64,000 nucleotides of DNA from NCBI GenBank assembly GCA_951406725.2, contig OX597831.1, positions 19,716,001 to 19,780,000 of the forward strand. The letters run 5' to 3'. The stretch is from Octopus vulgaris (taxonomy: Eukaryota). Shown here in pieces: positions 25,345 to 39,211 of this stretch. The position numbers were made by a program, and so were the translations under genes. The notes beneath the pieces are model-generated. The model worked only from the letters and a program-made list of their open reading frames with translations. It made no database searches and was not told the DNA's origin. Position 1 is the first letter of the stretch, and each line of letters starts with the position of its first letter.

Positions 25345-25550
25345 GGCGTGAGGTGGCTGAGAGGTAAAAAGCTCGCTTCTCAACCACATGGTTCCGGGTT
25401 CAGTCACACTGTAAAGCAGTTTGAGCAAATGTCTTCTACTATAGTCTTGGGGCGAAAAAAGGCTTGTGAATGGAGGTGGTAGACGTTTCGGGGTAAATAA
25501 AATAACTACTAGTGGAGCAGTGGAGTCAATGTAATGGACTTAACCCTCAC
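25345..25550 (+). mobile_element. SINE family A 5' half joined to a family B fragment
   Basis: A/B boxes at 25353-25405, then tttcggggtaaataaaataa...tggagtcaatgtaatggactta. Confidence 0.65.
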
Positions 25551-25552
25551 CA

Positions 25553-28500
25553 ACATCTGGCGACTTGGGTATAGCTTCAAATTTTCTTACATCTTGTGCC
25601 TTGGGTATAGCCATCCAATTTCTTACATCTGGCGAACTGGGTATAGCCTCAAAGTTTCTTACATCTCACGCCCTGGGTATAGCCTCCAAGTTTCTTACAT
25701 CTTGCGCCCTAGTTATAGCTTCCAAGCTTCTTACATCTGGCGCCCTGGGTACAGCCTCCAAGTTTCTTACATCTGGCGCCCTGGGTATAGCCTCCAAGCC
25801 TCTTACATCTGGCATCCTAGGTATAGCCTCCAAGCTTCTTACATCTGGCAAACTGAATATGGCCTCCAAGCATCTTATATCTGGCACCCTGGGTATAGCC
25901 TCCACGTTTCATACATCTACTGCCCTGGGTATAGCCACCAAATTTCTTATATCTGGCGCCCAGGGTATAGCCTCCAAGTTTCTTATATCTGGCGCCCTCG
26001 GTATAGCCTCCAAGCTTCTTACATCTGGAGCCCTGGGTATAGCCTCCAAGATTTTTACATCTGGCAAACTGGGTATAACCTCCAAGCTTCTTACAGCTGA
26101 CGCCCTGGGTATAGCCTCCAAGTTTCTTACATCTGGCGGCCTGGGTATAGCCTCCAAACTTCTTATATCTGGCACCCTGTGTATAGCTTCAAAGCTTCTT
26201 ACATCTGGCGCTCTGGGTATAGCCACCAAGCTTCTTAAATCTGGCACTCTGAGTATAGCCTCCAAGCTTCTTATAACTGGAACCCTGTGTATAGCCTCCA
26301 AGCTTTTTACATATGGCGCATTGGGTATAGCCTCAAAGCTTCTAACATCTGGCGCACTGGGTACAGCCTCCAAGCTTTTTATATTTGGCGCCCTGGGTAT
26401 AGCCACCAAGTTTCTTACATCTGGCACCCTGGGTATAGCCTCCAAGCTTCTTGCATCAGGCGCCCTGGGTATAGCCTCCAAGCTTCTTATATCTGACGCC
26501 CTGAGTATAGCCTCCAAGCTTCTTACATCTAGGGCCCTGGGAATAGCCTCCAAGTTTCTTAAATCTGGCGCCCTGGTTATAACCTCCAAGCATCTTATAT
26601 TTGGCACCCTGGATATAGCCTCCAAGTTTCTTAATCTAGCGCCCTGGTTATAGCCTCCAAACCTCTTTCATCTGGCACCCTGGGTATAGCTTCCAAGTTT
26701 CTTTCCTCTGACGCCCTGGGTATAGCTTCCAAGCTTCTTACATCTGGCGCCCTTGGTGTAGCCTCCAATTTTCTCACATCTGTCACCCTGGGTATAGCCT
26801 TCAAGCTTTTTACATCTGGCACTCTGGGTATAGCCTCCAAGCTTCTTACATTTGACACACTGGGTATAGCCTCAAAGCTTCTTACATCTAGTATCCTGGG
26901 TGTAGACTCCAAGCTTCTTCTATCTGGCACCTGGGTATAGCCTCAAAGCTTCTTACATTTGGTGCCTGGGTATAGCTTCAAAGCTTCATACATCTGGCGC
27001 CCTGGGTATGGCCTCCAATATTCTTAAATCTTCAGCCCTGTGTATAGCCTCAGAGCTTCTTACATCTGGCACACCGGGTATAGACTCCAAGTTTCTTACA
27101 TCTGAGGCCCTGGGTATAGCATCCAAGTTTCTTACATTTGACGCCCTTGGAATAGCTTCCGAGCTTCTTACATCTAGCGCCCTGGGTATAGCCTCCAAGT
27201 TTCTTATATCTGGCACAATGTGTATAGACTGCAAGCTTCTTACATCTTGTTCCCTGGGTATAGCCTTCAAGCTTCTTACATCTGACGCCCTGGGTATAGC
27301 ATCCAAGTTTCTTACATTTGAGGCCCTGGGTATAGCTACTTACATCTGGTGCCATGGGTATAGCCTCCAAGGTTCTTAAATCTGGCACCCTGGGTATAGC
27401 CGCCAAGTTTCTTATATCTAGCACCTGGGGTATAGCCTCCAAGCTTCTGACATATGGAACCCTGGGTAGAGCCTAAAAGTTTCTCATATCTGGCACATTG
27501 GGTATAGCCTCCAAGCTTCTTACATCTGGCGCACTGGGTATATCCTCCAAGCTTCTTACATCTGGTGCCATGGGTATAGCTTCCAAGGTTCTTAAATCTG
27601 GCACCCTGGGTATAGCCTCCAAGTTTCTTATATCTGGCACCTGGGGTATAGCCTCCAAGCTTCTTACATCTGGGGCACCGGGTACAGCCTCCAAGATTCT
27701 AACATCTGGCAAACTGGGTATAGCCTTCAAGCTTCTTACCTCTGGCGCCCTGGGTATAGCCTCTAAGCTTTTTATATTTGGCGCCCTGGGTATAGCCTCC
27801 AAGTTTCTTACAAGTGGTGCACTGGGTATAGCCTCCAAGCTTCATACATCTGACACCCTGGGAATAGACTCCAAGTTTCTTACATCTGGCGCCCTGGGTA
27901 TTGACTTCAAGCTTTATACATCTGGCGCCTTGGGTATAGCCTCCAAGCTTCTTAAATCTGGCGCCCTGGTTATAGCCTCCAAGCATCTTATATTTGGCTC
28001 CCGGGATATAGCCTCCAAGTTTCTTAATCTAGCGCCCTGGTTATAGCCTCCAAACTTCTTTCATCTGGCGCCCTGGGTATAGCCTCCAAGTTTCTTTCCT
28101 CTGGCGCCCTGGGTATAGCTTCCAAGCTTCTTACATCTGGCGCTCTGGCTAGAGCCTACAAGTTTCTTACATCTGGCACCCTGGGTGTAGCCTCCAAATT
28201 TTTTACATCTCGCGCCCTGACTATAGCCTCCAAGTTTCTCACATCTGGCACCCTGTGTATAGCCTTCAAGCTTTTTACATCTGGCACTCTGGGTATAGCC
28301 TCCAAGCTTCTTACATTTGGCACACTGGGTATAGCCTCGAAGCTTTTTACATCTGGTATCCTGGGTTTCAGACTCCAAGCTTCTTATTTGGCGCCTGGGT
28401 ATAGCTTCAAAGCTTCATACATCTGGCGCCCTGGGTATGGTCACCAAGTTTCTTAAATCTTCAGCCCTGGGTATAGCCTCCAAGCTTCTTACATCTGGCA

Positions 28501-31500
28501 CACTGGGTGTAGCCTCCAAGTTTCTTACATCTGGCTCCCTGAGTATAGCATCCAAGTTTCTTACATTTGACGCCCTGGGAATAGCCTCCAAGCTCCTTAC
28601 ATCTGGCACACTGTGTATAACCTCCAAGTTTCTTATATCTGGCACCATGGGTATAGACTCCAAGCTTCTTACATCTTGTTCCCTGGGTATAGCCTTCAAG
28701 CTTCTTAAATCTGGCAAACTGGGTATAGCCTCCAAGTTTCTTACATCTGGCGCCCTGAGTATAGCCTCCAAGCTACTTACATCTGGTGCCAAGGGTATAG
28801 ACTCCAAGGTTCTTAAATCTGGCACCCTGGGTATAGCCTCAAAGTTTCTTATATCTGGCACCTTGGGTAAAGCCTCCAAGCTTCTTACGTCTGGCGCACT
28901 GGGTTTAGCCTACAAGTTTCTAACATCTGGCAAACAGGGTATAGCCTTCAAGCTTCTTTCCTCTGGCGCCCTGGGTATAGCCTCCAAGCTTTTTATATTT
29001 GGCGCCATGGGTATAGCCTCCAAAGTTCTTACATCTGGCGCCCTGGGTATAGACTCAAATCTTCTTACATCTGGCGCCTAGGGAATAGCCTCCAAGCTTC
29101 AAACATCTGGCATACTGGGTATAGCCTCCAAGTTTCTTACATCTGGCACACTGGGTATAGCCTCCAAGCTACTTACATCTGGTGCAATGGGTATAGCCTC
29201 CAAGCTTCTTCAATCTGGCGCCCTGGGAATAGCCTCCGAGTTTCTTATATCTAGCACATTGGGTATAGCATCCAAGCTTCTTAAATCTGGCACAATGGGT
29301 ATAGCCTCCAAGTGTCTTATATCTGGCACAATGGGTATAGCCTCCAAGGTTCTTTTATCTGGCATCCTGGGTATAGCTTCAAAGCTTCATACATCTGGCA
29401 CCCTGTGTATGGCCTCCAAGTTTCTTACATCTGTAATCTGGGGTATAGCCTCCAAGCTTCTTACATCTCGCGCCCTGGGTATAGCCTCCAAGATTCTTAT
29501 ATCTGGCACCCTGGGTATAGCTTCAAAACTTCTTACATCTAGCGCCCTGGCAATAGACTCCAGGATTCTTACATATGTCGCCCTGGGTATAGCCCCAAAA
29601 CATCCTACATCTTGCGCCCTGAGTATACCCTCCAAGCTTCTTACATCTGACGCCCTGGGTATAGTATCCAAATTTTTACATCTGACGCACTGGGTATAGC
29701 CTCCAGTTTCTTATATCGGGCACCCTGGGTATAGACTGCAAGCTTCATTCATCTGGTTCCCTGGGTATAGCCTCCAACCTTCTTACATCAGGCGCGCTGG
29801 TTATAGTCTCCAAGTTTCTTATATCTGGGTCCCTGGGTATAGTTTCCAGGTTTCTTACATCTGGCGCCCTGGGTATAGAGTCCAAGCTTCTTACATCTGG
29901 CGCCCTGGGTGTAGCCTCCAAGCTTCTTATATCTGGCACCCTGGGTACAGCTTCAAAGCTTCTTACATCTGGCGCTCTGGGTATTGCCTCCAAGCTTCTT
30001 ACATCTGGCACTCTGAGCATAGCCTCCAAGCTTGTTGTATCTGGAACCCTGGTTATAGCCTCCAAGCTTTTTACAACTGGCGCCCTGGGTATAGCCTCCA
30101 AGCATTTTATATTTAACGCCCTGGGTATAGCCTCCAAGTTTCTTACATCTAGTGCCCTGGGTATAGCCTCCAATCTTCTTAAATCAGGAGACCTGGGTAT
30201 ACCCTCCAAGTTTCTTACATCTGGCGCCCTGGATATAGCCTCAAAGTTTCTTACATCTGGCACCCTAGATATAGCCTCCAAGTTTCTTACATCTGGCACC
30301 CTGGGTATAGCCTCGAATTTTCTTACTTCTGGCAACTTGGGTATAGCGTCCAAGTTTCTTCCATTTGGTGCCCTGGGTATAGCCTCAAAGTTCCTTAAAT
30401 ATGGCGCCCTGTGTCTAGCCTCCAACCTTCTTACATCTGGCGCCCTGGGTATAACCTCCAATTTTCTTGCATCTGGCGCCCTGTGTATAGCCCTCAAGCT
30501 TCTTACATATGGCACCTTGGGTATAGCCTTCAAGTTTCGTACTTCTGGCGTCCTGGGTATAGCCTCCAATTTCCTTACATCTGGCGCCCTGGGTAGGGCC
30601 TCCAACCTTCTTACATCTGATTACATTATAGCCTCCCAGCTCCAGGATTCATTATAGCTACATTATAGCCTCCAAGCTTCTTACATCTGGGTCCCTGGGT
30701 ATAGCCTCCAAGCTTGTTCAATCTGGGTCCCTGGAAATAGCCTCCGAGTTTCTTATATCTGGCACATTGGGTATAGCATCCAAGCTTCTTAAATCTGGCA
30801 CAATGGGTATAGCCTCCAAGTTTCTTATATCTGGCATCCTGGGTTTAGCCTGCAAGCTTCTTATATCTGGCGGCTGGGTATAGCTTCAAAGCTTCATACA
30901 TCTGGCGCCCTGTGTATGGCCTCCAAATTTCTTACATCTGTAACGTCGGGTATATCCTCCAAGTTTCTTACATCTGGCACCATAGGTATAGCCTCCAAGC
31001 TTCTTACATCTCGCGCCCTGGGTATAGCCTCCAAGCTTCTTATATCTGGCAACCTGGGTATAGCTTCAAAGCTTCTTACATCTAGCGCCCTGGCAATAGA
31101 CTCCAGGATTCTTACATCTGTCGCCCTGGGTATCTCCCCGAAACATCCTACATCCTGCGCCCTGAGTATACCCTCCAAGCTTCTTACATCTGACGCCCTG
31201 GGTATAGTATCCAAACTTTTACATCTGACGCCCTGGGTATAGCCTCAAAGTTTCTTATATCGGGCGCGCTGGTTATAGTCTCCAAGTTTCTTACATCTGG
31301 GTCCCTGGGTATAGTTTCCAGGTTTCTTACATCTGCCGCCCTGGGTATAGCCTCCAAGCTTCTTTAATCTGGCGCCCTGGATATAGCCTCAAAGTTTCTT
31401 ACATCTGGCACCCTAGATATAGCCTCCAAGTTTCTTACATCTGACGCCCTGGGTATAGCCTACAAGTTTCTTACATCTGGCGCCCTGGGTATAGCTCGAA

Positions 31501-32977
31501 TTTTCTTACTTCTGGCAACTTGGGTATAGCGTCCAAGTTTCTTCCATCTGGTGCCCTGGCTATAGCCTCAAAGCTCCTTAAATATGGCGCCCTGGGTCTA
31601 GCCTCCAACCTTCTTACATCTGGCACCCTGGGTATAACGTCCAATTTTCTTGCATCTGGCGTCCTGGGTATAGCCCTCAAGCTTCTTACATCTGGCACCC
31701 TGGTTATCGCCTCCAACTTTCTTACATCTGGCGCCCTGGGTATAGGCTCCAAGTTTCTTACATCTGGCATCTTTGGTATAGGCTCCAAGTTTCTTACATC
31801 TGGTATCTTTGGTATAGCCTTCAAGTTTCTTACTTCTGGCGCCCTGGGTATAGCCTCCAATTTCCTTACATCTGGCGCCCTGGGTATAGCCTCCAACCTT
31901 CTTACATCTGGCTACATTATAGCCCCCCAACTCCAAGCTTCATTATAGCTACATTATAGCCTCCAAGCTTCTTACATCTAGCGCCTTCTGTATAGCCTCC
32001 AAGTTTCTTATATCTGGCACAATGGGTATAGCCTCCAAGATTCTTTCATCTGGCGCCTTCGGTATAGCTTCCAAGTATCTTTCACCAGGCGCCCTGGATT
32101 TAGCCTCCAAGTTTCTTACATTTTGTACCCTGGGTATAGCCTCCAAGTGTCTTACATCTGGCGCCCTGGTTATAGCCTCCAAGCTTCTTACATCTGGCGC
32201 CCTGGGTGTCGCCTCCAAGTTTCTTACATCTGGTGCTCTGGGTATAACCACCAAGTTTCTTACATCTGGTGCCCTTGGTATAGCCTCCAAGCTTCTTATA
32301 TCTGATGCCCTATGTATAGCCTCCAAATTTCTTACACCTGGCGCCTTGGATTTAGCCTCCAAGTTTCTTACATCTGGTGCCCTGGGTATAGCCTCCAAGT
32401 TTCTTTCATCTTGTTCCCTGTGTATAGCCTCCAAGCTTCTTATATCTGACGCCCTGTGTATAGCCTCCAACTTTCTTACACCTGGCGCCCTGGATTTAGC
32501 CTCCAAGTTACTTACATCTGGTGCCCTGGGTATAACCTCCAAATTTCTTTCATCTGTTTCCCTGGGTATAGCCTCCAAGCTTCTTATATCTGGAACCTTT
32601 TTATAGCTTCCAAGTTTCTTACATCTGGCGCCCTGGGTATAGCCTCGAAGTTTCTTACCTCTGACGCCCTGGCAATAGCCTCCAAGCTTCTTACATCTCG
32701 CATCTTGGTTATCGCCTCGAATTTTCTTACATCTGGTACCCTGGTTATAGCCTTCAAGTGTCTTACATCTGGCGCCCCGGGTATAGCCTCCAAGCTTCTT
32801 ATATCTGACGCCCTATGTATAGCCTCCAAGTTTCTTACATCTGGCGCCCTGGATATAGCCTCCAAGATTCTTACATCTGGTGCCCTGGGTATAGCCTCCA
32901 AGCTTCTTACATCTGGCACTCTGTCTATACCTTCCAGGCTACTTACATCTGGCGCCCCGTGTATAGCCTCCAAGTTT
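25553..32977. repeat. 36-bp minisatellite array, about 7.4 kb, about 205 units
   Basis: Consensus CTGGGTATAGCCTCCAAG(T/C)TTCTTACATCTGGCGCC; produces 12-aa repeats in the ORF track. Confidence 0.97.
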
Positions 32978-33308
32978 ACCTTAGGCAAATGTCTTCTCCT
33001 ATAGTCCTAGTAAAGCTTTTGTGTGATTTTTATACATGGAAACTGAAGGAAGCCCTGCGCCTATGTGTGTGTGTGTGTTCGCGCGTTGTATTTTTGTGTC
33101 TGCGTTTGTCCCTTCTCACCTCTTGACAAGCGATGCTGGTGTGTTTACATCCTCGAAACTTAACTGTTCGTCAAAATTAATCGACTGAATAAATACTAGG
33201 CCTAAAAAGCAAAATTAATTGGATAGGTTGATTCGACCGACCAAAATTTTGGAAAGCGGTGCTCCAGCATGGCCACAGTCTAATGACTGAAACTAGTAAG
33301 TGAATAAA
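32978..33308 (+). mobile_element. SINE family A lacking its head, abutting the array
   Basis: accttaggcaaatgtcttctcctatagtcc...gcggtgctccagcatggccacagtctaatgactgaaac. Confidence 0.8.
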
Positions 33309-33332
33309 AGTTATATGTATATATATATATGC

Positions 33333-33377
<45 letters not shown>

Positions 33378-34404
33378 TATATACATAAACACACATGCAT
33401 ATATACATGTATATGTATGTTGGGGGTGCATGAATGTATGTATGTATGTATGTATGTATGTATGTATGCATGTATGTATGCATGTATGTATGAATGTATG
33501 TATGTATGTACCTGCACACCCAAGCATTAAGAGAAACATGAGTGGGCTGTTAGAGCATTGTATTATTGGGAGCAGAACACGAAACCTCTGCCGATATTTC
33601 GAAATCTTATCCATTTGTTCATTTTATAATTCTTCTCATTAATGTTAGAGCCTCAAAACCATAAACTCATTAGATAATCAGTTCATGTGGCTTGCACTTG
33701 TCAAATAGACATACCAAACTGTTTAAAATCTCCCATTTCTTGACGGCAACGACAGCATTTCTTTCGCAGCGTCCGCATCAGTTTCTTAGAGAAATTTATC
33801 TGTCAAACGAGTTGAGTGTGGGGATATTCCAGTAGACACCTCGTGAGAGGCATAGCTAAGGAGAAAGCAACATACTATCAATATAATGCTTTGAATTCTT
33901 TCTGAAATAATAGGAATGGCTTTTAAATCAATGGAAGTAACGAGAAGTCTTGCATCTTGTTAGTTCCAAATTACTAAATTACTTTGGTTTTCAAGAATTA
34001 ACAGAAAAATGATAAAAGACGAAAGTTGCGAGTTAAAATTGTCTACAGGATTGGTTCAAGAATATTAAACTCTTTTTTTTTTTTAGTAGCAGAGCGAAAA
34101 AGTTTAGTCGTATATTTTCGTGTTTGCTTTCAATTTATAACCATAACTTGTATATTTGTGTAGGTGAGCATAACTCTGTGTGTGTGTGTGTGTGCGTGAG
34201 TGTGTGTGTTTGTGTGTGTGTATACATGTGTATATGTATATATATATATATATGTATATGAATGTATAATTAAGTGTGGATATATATATATTAATAATGA
34301 ATAATATATATATTATTTATTTATTATTATATATGTATATCTACACATAATTATACATATACATGCTTATATACACACATAAACACACACATACATGCAC
34401 ATAC

Positions 34405-34448
<44 letters not shown>

Positions 34449-34533
34449 ATATATATATTTAAATATTATTGTTTAGGGAATAGAAATTCCGGCATAACAG
34501 ACGTTCAAATTATTCTCAATGAAGAAATATATT

Positions 34534-34657
34534 TTAATTTAGAGATAGACCCCTACATCTCACCAAATAAAAAGAATTTTTATATTTGTTTTAAATGTCT
34601 ACTGTTTTATTACTTGACTTCTTTTTAGATGGTGAGATATAGGGGTCTATCTCTAAA

Positions 34658-34661
<4 letters not shown>
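34534..34661. repeat. Inverted repeat of a pLTR-like terminus next to (TA)n
   Basis: ttaatttagagatagacccctacatctcacca / tggtgagatataggggtctatctctaaattaa. Confidence 0.7.
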
Positions 34662-34693
<32 letters not shown>

Positions 34694-34698
<5 letters not shown>

Positions 34699-35592
34699 AT
34701 CCCGTAAATAATGTGGTTTTTAATTGTATGAACTAAAAGTTGGAGGTGGGCGGGGTAAACTGCCTGCATCCACTTACTATAAAAGCAGGTAGTAATTTTA
34801 CCTTGAGCTTATTCTTAGTGCAATTTTTGAAGAGTGCAGATCGATTTTAACAGTTATTTTTTCAGAGCTATATTGGAAATGACAAAGGAGTATATTCAGT
34901 ATATTTTGTTTTATGAGTTCAATAAAGGCAACAACACAATGGGAAATGCAAGGAATATTAATGCAGTATATAGGGATCGGACAATAAGCGTAAGCCAGTG
35001 TCAACGGTGGTTCCAGAAATTCCAAGCCGGAAGCAGCATCCTAGAGGACGATTCTGGTCCTGGAAGATCTGTAGAACTCGACGAGGACGTCCTAAAAACC
35101 CTGGTGTAACAAAATCCCATCGTAACTGTTGAGGAACTGGCATTCAAAGTCATTCAAGTCAGCGATAGAAGAAAAACAACCATCTTTGGTTTCAAGACGA
35201 AAGGTGTTCTTCCATCAGGATAATGCCCGGCCACGTACTGCAAGGATGTCTGTCATTCCAAGGGCTGGAGCAGTTTGAATGGGAAACGATGCCCCACCCA
35301 CCATATTCGCTGGACATTGCCCAATCTGATTATCAATTATCCCGCAGTATCCACGACCATTTGGACAGAAAAAATATGAATTCTGTGGACGAAGTCTACA
35401 CTACTGGGGGAGAATGTTTCGTCTCGGACAATTGGATTTGGAGGGAGGAGCCTTTCAAGTCCAGCAGATGGATGGAAGAGCATTGCAGAAAATAAAGGAG
35501 AGTATATTTTAGATTAAAAGCGAAATTTTTTTACCTTAATTTTGAAAAATAATATAAGTATAAAAAACCACATTATTTATGCTATGACCCAT
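34694..35592 (+). mobile_element. Internally deleted mariner transposon
   Basis: TIRs share taaataatgtggttttt; HTH region ...CQRWFQKFQAG...GPGR; HQDNARP; HPPYSLDIAQSDY (YSPDLAPSD variant). Confidence 0.9.
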
Positions 35593-35598
35593 TATATA

Positions 35599-35646
<48 letters not shown>

Positions 35647-35670
35647 GGGGTCCATGTATGTATACATATA

Positions 35671-35804
35671 CGAGGGGTGTATAAAAAGTTTTGAGCCTTG
35701 AAGTATTGTACCTTCATCAGAACTCTTGTACCATGTTTTGCTTTTTTTTGTTATTTGTTTTTTTTTTTGTTTTTTTAGGCTCAAAACTCTTCATATACTC
35801 CTCG
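35671..35804. mobile_element. mariner-type MITE
   Basis: TIRs cgaggggtgtataaaaagttttgagcct / aggctcaaaactcttcatatactcctcg, TA on both sides. Confidence 0.8.
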
Positions 35805-35811
35805 TACATGT

Positions 35812-35903
<92 letters not shown>

Positions 35904-36011
35904 TATGACACTTACATGCATACTTAAACATGAGTGCAGCGTTTGTGGGATTTTTCTTGCAATATGTTCTGTGTATAAAGACATACAAAACTCCAAACAA
36001 CGTCGTCGGAC

Positions 36012-36056
36012 CATCAGATACCACTGTTTCGGCTTGAACTCACCTTTTCAGTGACA
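36012..36056 (-). ncRNA. Degenerate hammerhead motif
   Basis: UGUCA-CUGAAAA-GGU...GCC-GAAAC-AGUG-GUA; G8 substituted and stem I offset. Confidence 0.45.
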
Positions 36057-36531
36057 GACAACGCCTCGATCCCTAGAAACCAAGCAAGAACATTTACAGG
36101 TAGAGCGCCGTACAATACATGATACCAGTTACGTCCATACATCTTTCACCCTTTCGAACAATGACGTAAAAATAATCGTATACTGCACGGTGAATTCCTT
36201 GCCACTAACGTGAGTAAATTCAGGTCTTTTTAGAAATGAAATGACCCAAACAATTGACTAAATTAATTATTCACATACAAAAAGGCGGAGTAGATTTGCC
36301 CTAAGCACTGTCTTTATTAACTAGCGTTACGTGTGGTTTCGGCATAATGGGATAAATAGAACGTGAAGAATGAGCTTAGCTGTGCTTTGTCCTATGAATA
36401 TATTCATTTGTGTGCGCTGTCTACGCTATAGGATAACGGTTATATTCTTCCGAGCAGTTTTAAGTTATATAATGCCTTCGGATAAATTCCCATTCCACTG
36501 CACAACACAACATATATGTATGTATGTGTGC

Positions 36532-36577
<46 letters not shown>

Positions 36578-37164
36578 ACATATACATATATATATATGTA
36601 TGTATATATAAATAAATTTATGTATATAAACATATATATATATATATATACATATATTTATGTATATATGTATATAAACACACATATATAGGTATTATAT
36701 ATACATATATATAATATATATATGTATATAAATAATTTATATATTAGAGAGAAGGTGTGTGTGTGTGAGAGATAAATAGATTTATATGTAAATTTGTGTC
36801 GCATATTTGCGTTTGAATACATATATATATGTAAGTGTGTATGTCTGTCTGAATGTCTGTGTGTGTATGTGTCTTTATATATATATGTGTTTGTGCACAT
36901 TCATGGTTGTCTAAGTTTAAGCACACACGTACACAAACACACACACATACACACACACACACATATATATATATATATCCATACATGCCTATATATATGT
37001 TTGTGAATATGTGTGTGTCCGCTTGTGTGTATGTGTGTCGGTGTGTGAGTGTGTGGATGTAAGCACAAGTGTGTATATGTATATATGATAGGCGTATATT
37101 TACAGGCCTATTATGCGTGCGGATGTACACATCTATGTATATGACTGTACTTATTTCCAAAACT

Positions 37165-37226
37165 CTTCTTCTTCTTCTTCTTCTTCTTCTTCTTCTTCTT
37201 CTTCTTCTTCTTCTTCTTCTTCTTCT
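37165..37226. repeat. (TCT)n microsatellite
   Basis: Direct read. Confidence 0.95.
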
Positions 37227-37574
37227 TCTTCTTCTTCTTCTTCTTCCTGTAATGTTACTTGTGTGTATTTCTCTATCTTCATGACTATGTGTGCATATTT
37301 ATGTACACGTGCATGTCTGGGTATATTTGCGTAAATATGTGTACCTATACGCACGCACACACACGCACACACACACACATACACACGCATATATATACAT
37401 ATATAAATACGTACGTGAGTGTGTGAGTGTGCGTCTGTGAGTGTGTATCTCTGTGTGTGAATGTGTGCGCATGTATACATGAATGGTCACATATCCTTAT
37501 ACAAATATATATCACTTTGATCACTTTCTCATCCACGTGATCCCAATCGTCCTCCTGAAATCGTAACTCCACCG

Positions 37575-37731
37575 ATTAAAAATGGGGAGGGATAGCTTAT
37601 GGCAGTTCTTTAGGTTTCCCGTCCATAGATGGTTTAGCTTTATGGCGTATCGTCAGATCTCATAAAACTAAATCCTTTATAGACAGGAAACCTATGGGTA
37701 ATCCCATAAACCGACCTTCCCCATTTTTAAT
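37575..37731. repeat. Imperfect 157-bp foldback (MITE-like)
   Basis: attaaaaatggggagg / ccttccccatttttaat; taggtttcccgtc / gacaggaaaccta; tttagctttatg / cataaaactaaa. Confidence 0.7.
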
Positions 37732-37801
37732 ATACACCGCTCTACATTTTAGTCTCCTTTCGGATTTTTTATAAACGATATGTGTGTGTGTGCGTATAAA
37801 T

Positions 37802-37860
<59 letters not shown>

Positions 37861-38077
37861 AACATAATTATTTTATTCCAACCACAGATGTCCTTGCATC
37901 TGCAGGCATCACCTCAATTAAAGCTATGATTTTGAGGAACTAAATGAGTTGGTATGCCCATATCGTTGGGGGTGGTCAAACTCTGCATAAGGAGTAGACA
38001 ACCACCATATATATATTATATGTGTGTATAAGAGTTATACGCTGAGGGAAAGCCACCATATATATATATATATGAAA

Positions 38078-38320
38078 TAAATGTGCCCTTTTAAAGCCTA
38101 GCCAGGTTCATGGGCCCGGTTTGTATGGTGCATGTGTTCCCCAGCTAGACGGGACGCCAGTCTATCGCAGCGTTACTCATTTTTGCCAGCTGAGTGAACT
38201 GGAGCAACGTGAAATGAACTGTTTTGCTCAAGAACACAATGCATCGCCCGGTCCAGGAATCGAAACCACAATCTTACGATCATAATGCTGACAACCTAAC
38301 CACTAAGCCACGCGCCTCCA
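38078..38320 (-). mobile_element. tRNA-derived CORE-like SINE
   Basis: Minus strand: ggaggcgcgtggcttagtggttagg...ggtttcgattcc...ttgagcaa...gttgctccagttcactcagctg. Confidence 0.8.
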
Positions 38321-38334
38321 CTCACACACACACT

Positions 38335-38448
<114 letters not shown>

Positions 38449-39006
38449 TATGTGTGTGTGTGCGCGCGTTTATATCTGTGAGGCGGTAGAAACGCAGAAG
38501 AAATCGCGGTTGTGCTCAACTCGAGAGAAAGATAGGAGATAAGAATAAGAATGGGCTAAATTAGGAAATGGCAAACGGTAAGCTTAGAAAGGATATGAGC
38601 ACTTGAATTAGAAATTCACAAGATAATAGGGCTCACAAGAACTTCCTCGAACAATCTATTTATAAATCTCTAAATCAGAGAAATCTTTGATGGAAGTATA
38701 GCGTAGCAAATCTAGAAATTCGGACATTACTGTATTAGAATTTCGGGATTGATATACATTGACCCCTTATCTGTTGATTGATCCAGCCTTCGGCATTAAC
38801 ACGGGTTTCTTATCAACGGCAGATCTTTCATTTGCCAAGGACACTTCAGTTTTATCTTGACCAACATAGGCCATATGTTACGCAATTAGATTTGATCTAG
38901 AATAGTTAGTATTTCTGTACATGAATGCGCATGTGTGTATGTGTGTGTGTGTCTGTGTGTGTACATACATGTATGCACACACGCATACACATATACATAT
39001 ATATGC

Positions 39007-39055
<49 letters not shown>

Positions 39056-39168
39056 GTATATAAAATATAAATATAATATATATATGTGTGTGTGTGTATA
39101 CGCAGAAATATAGACGCCAGAAAAGCGAGTAAGGGCACTAGTCAGCACCAGTATTGCTATATATATAA

Positions 39169-39208
<40 letters not shown>

Positions 39209-39211
39209 ATA

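Noticed and set aside
25565-26653. 362-aa repeat protein as an annotated gene
   Set aside because: Frames are broken repeatedly along the array, both strands are equally open, and no unique termini or splice evidence
25553-32977. CRISPR array (36-bp repeat)
   Set aside because: Head-to-tail repeats with no unique spacers, no cas genes, eukaryotic context
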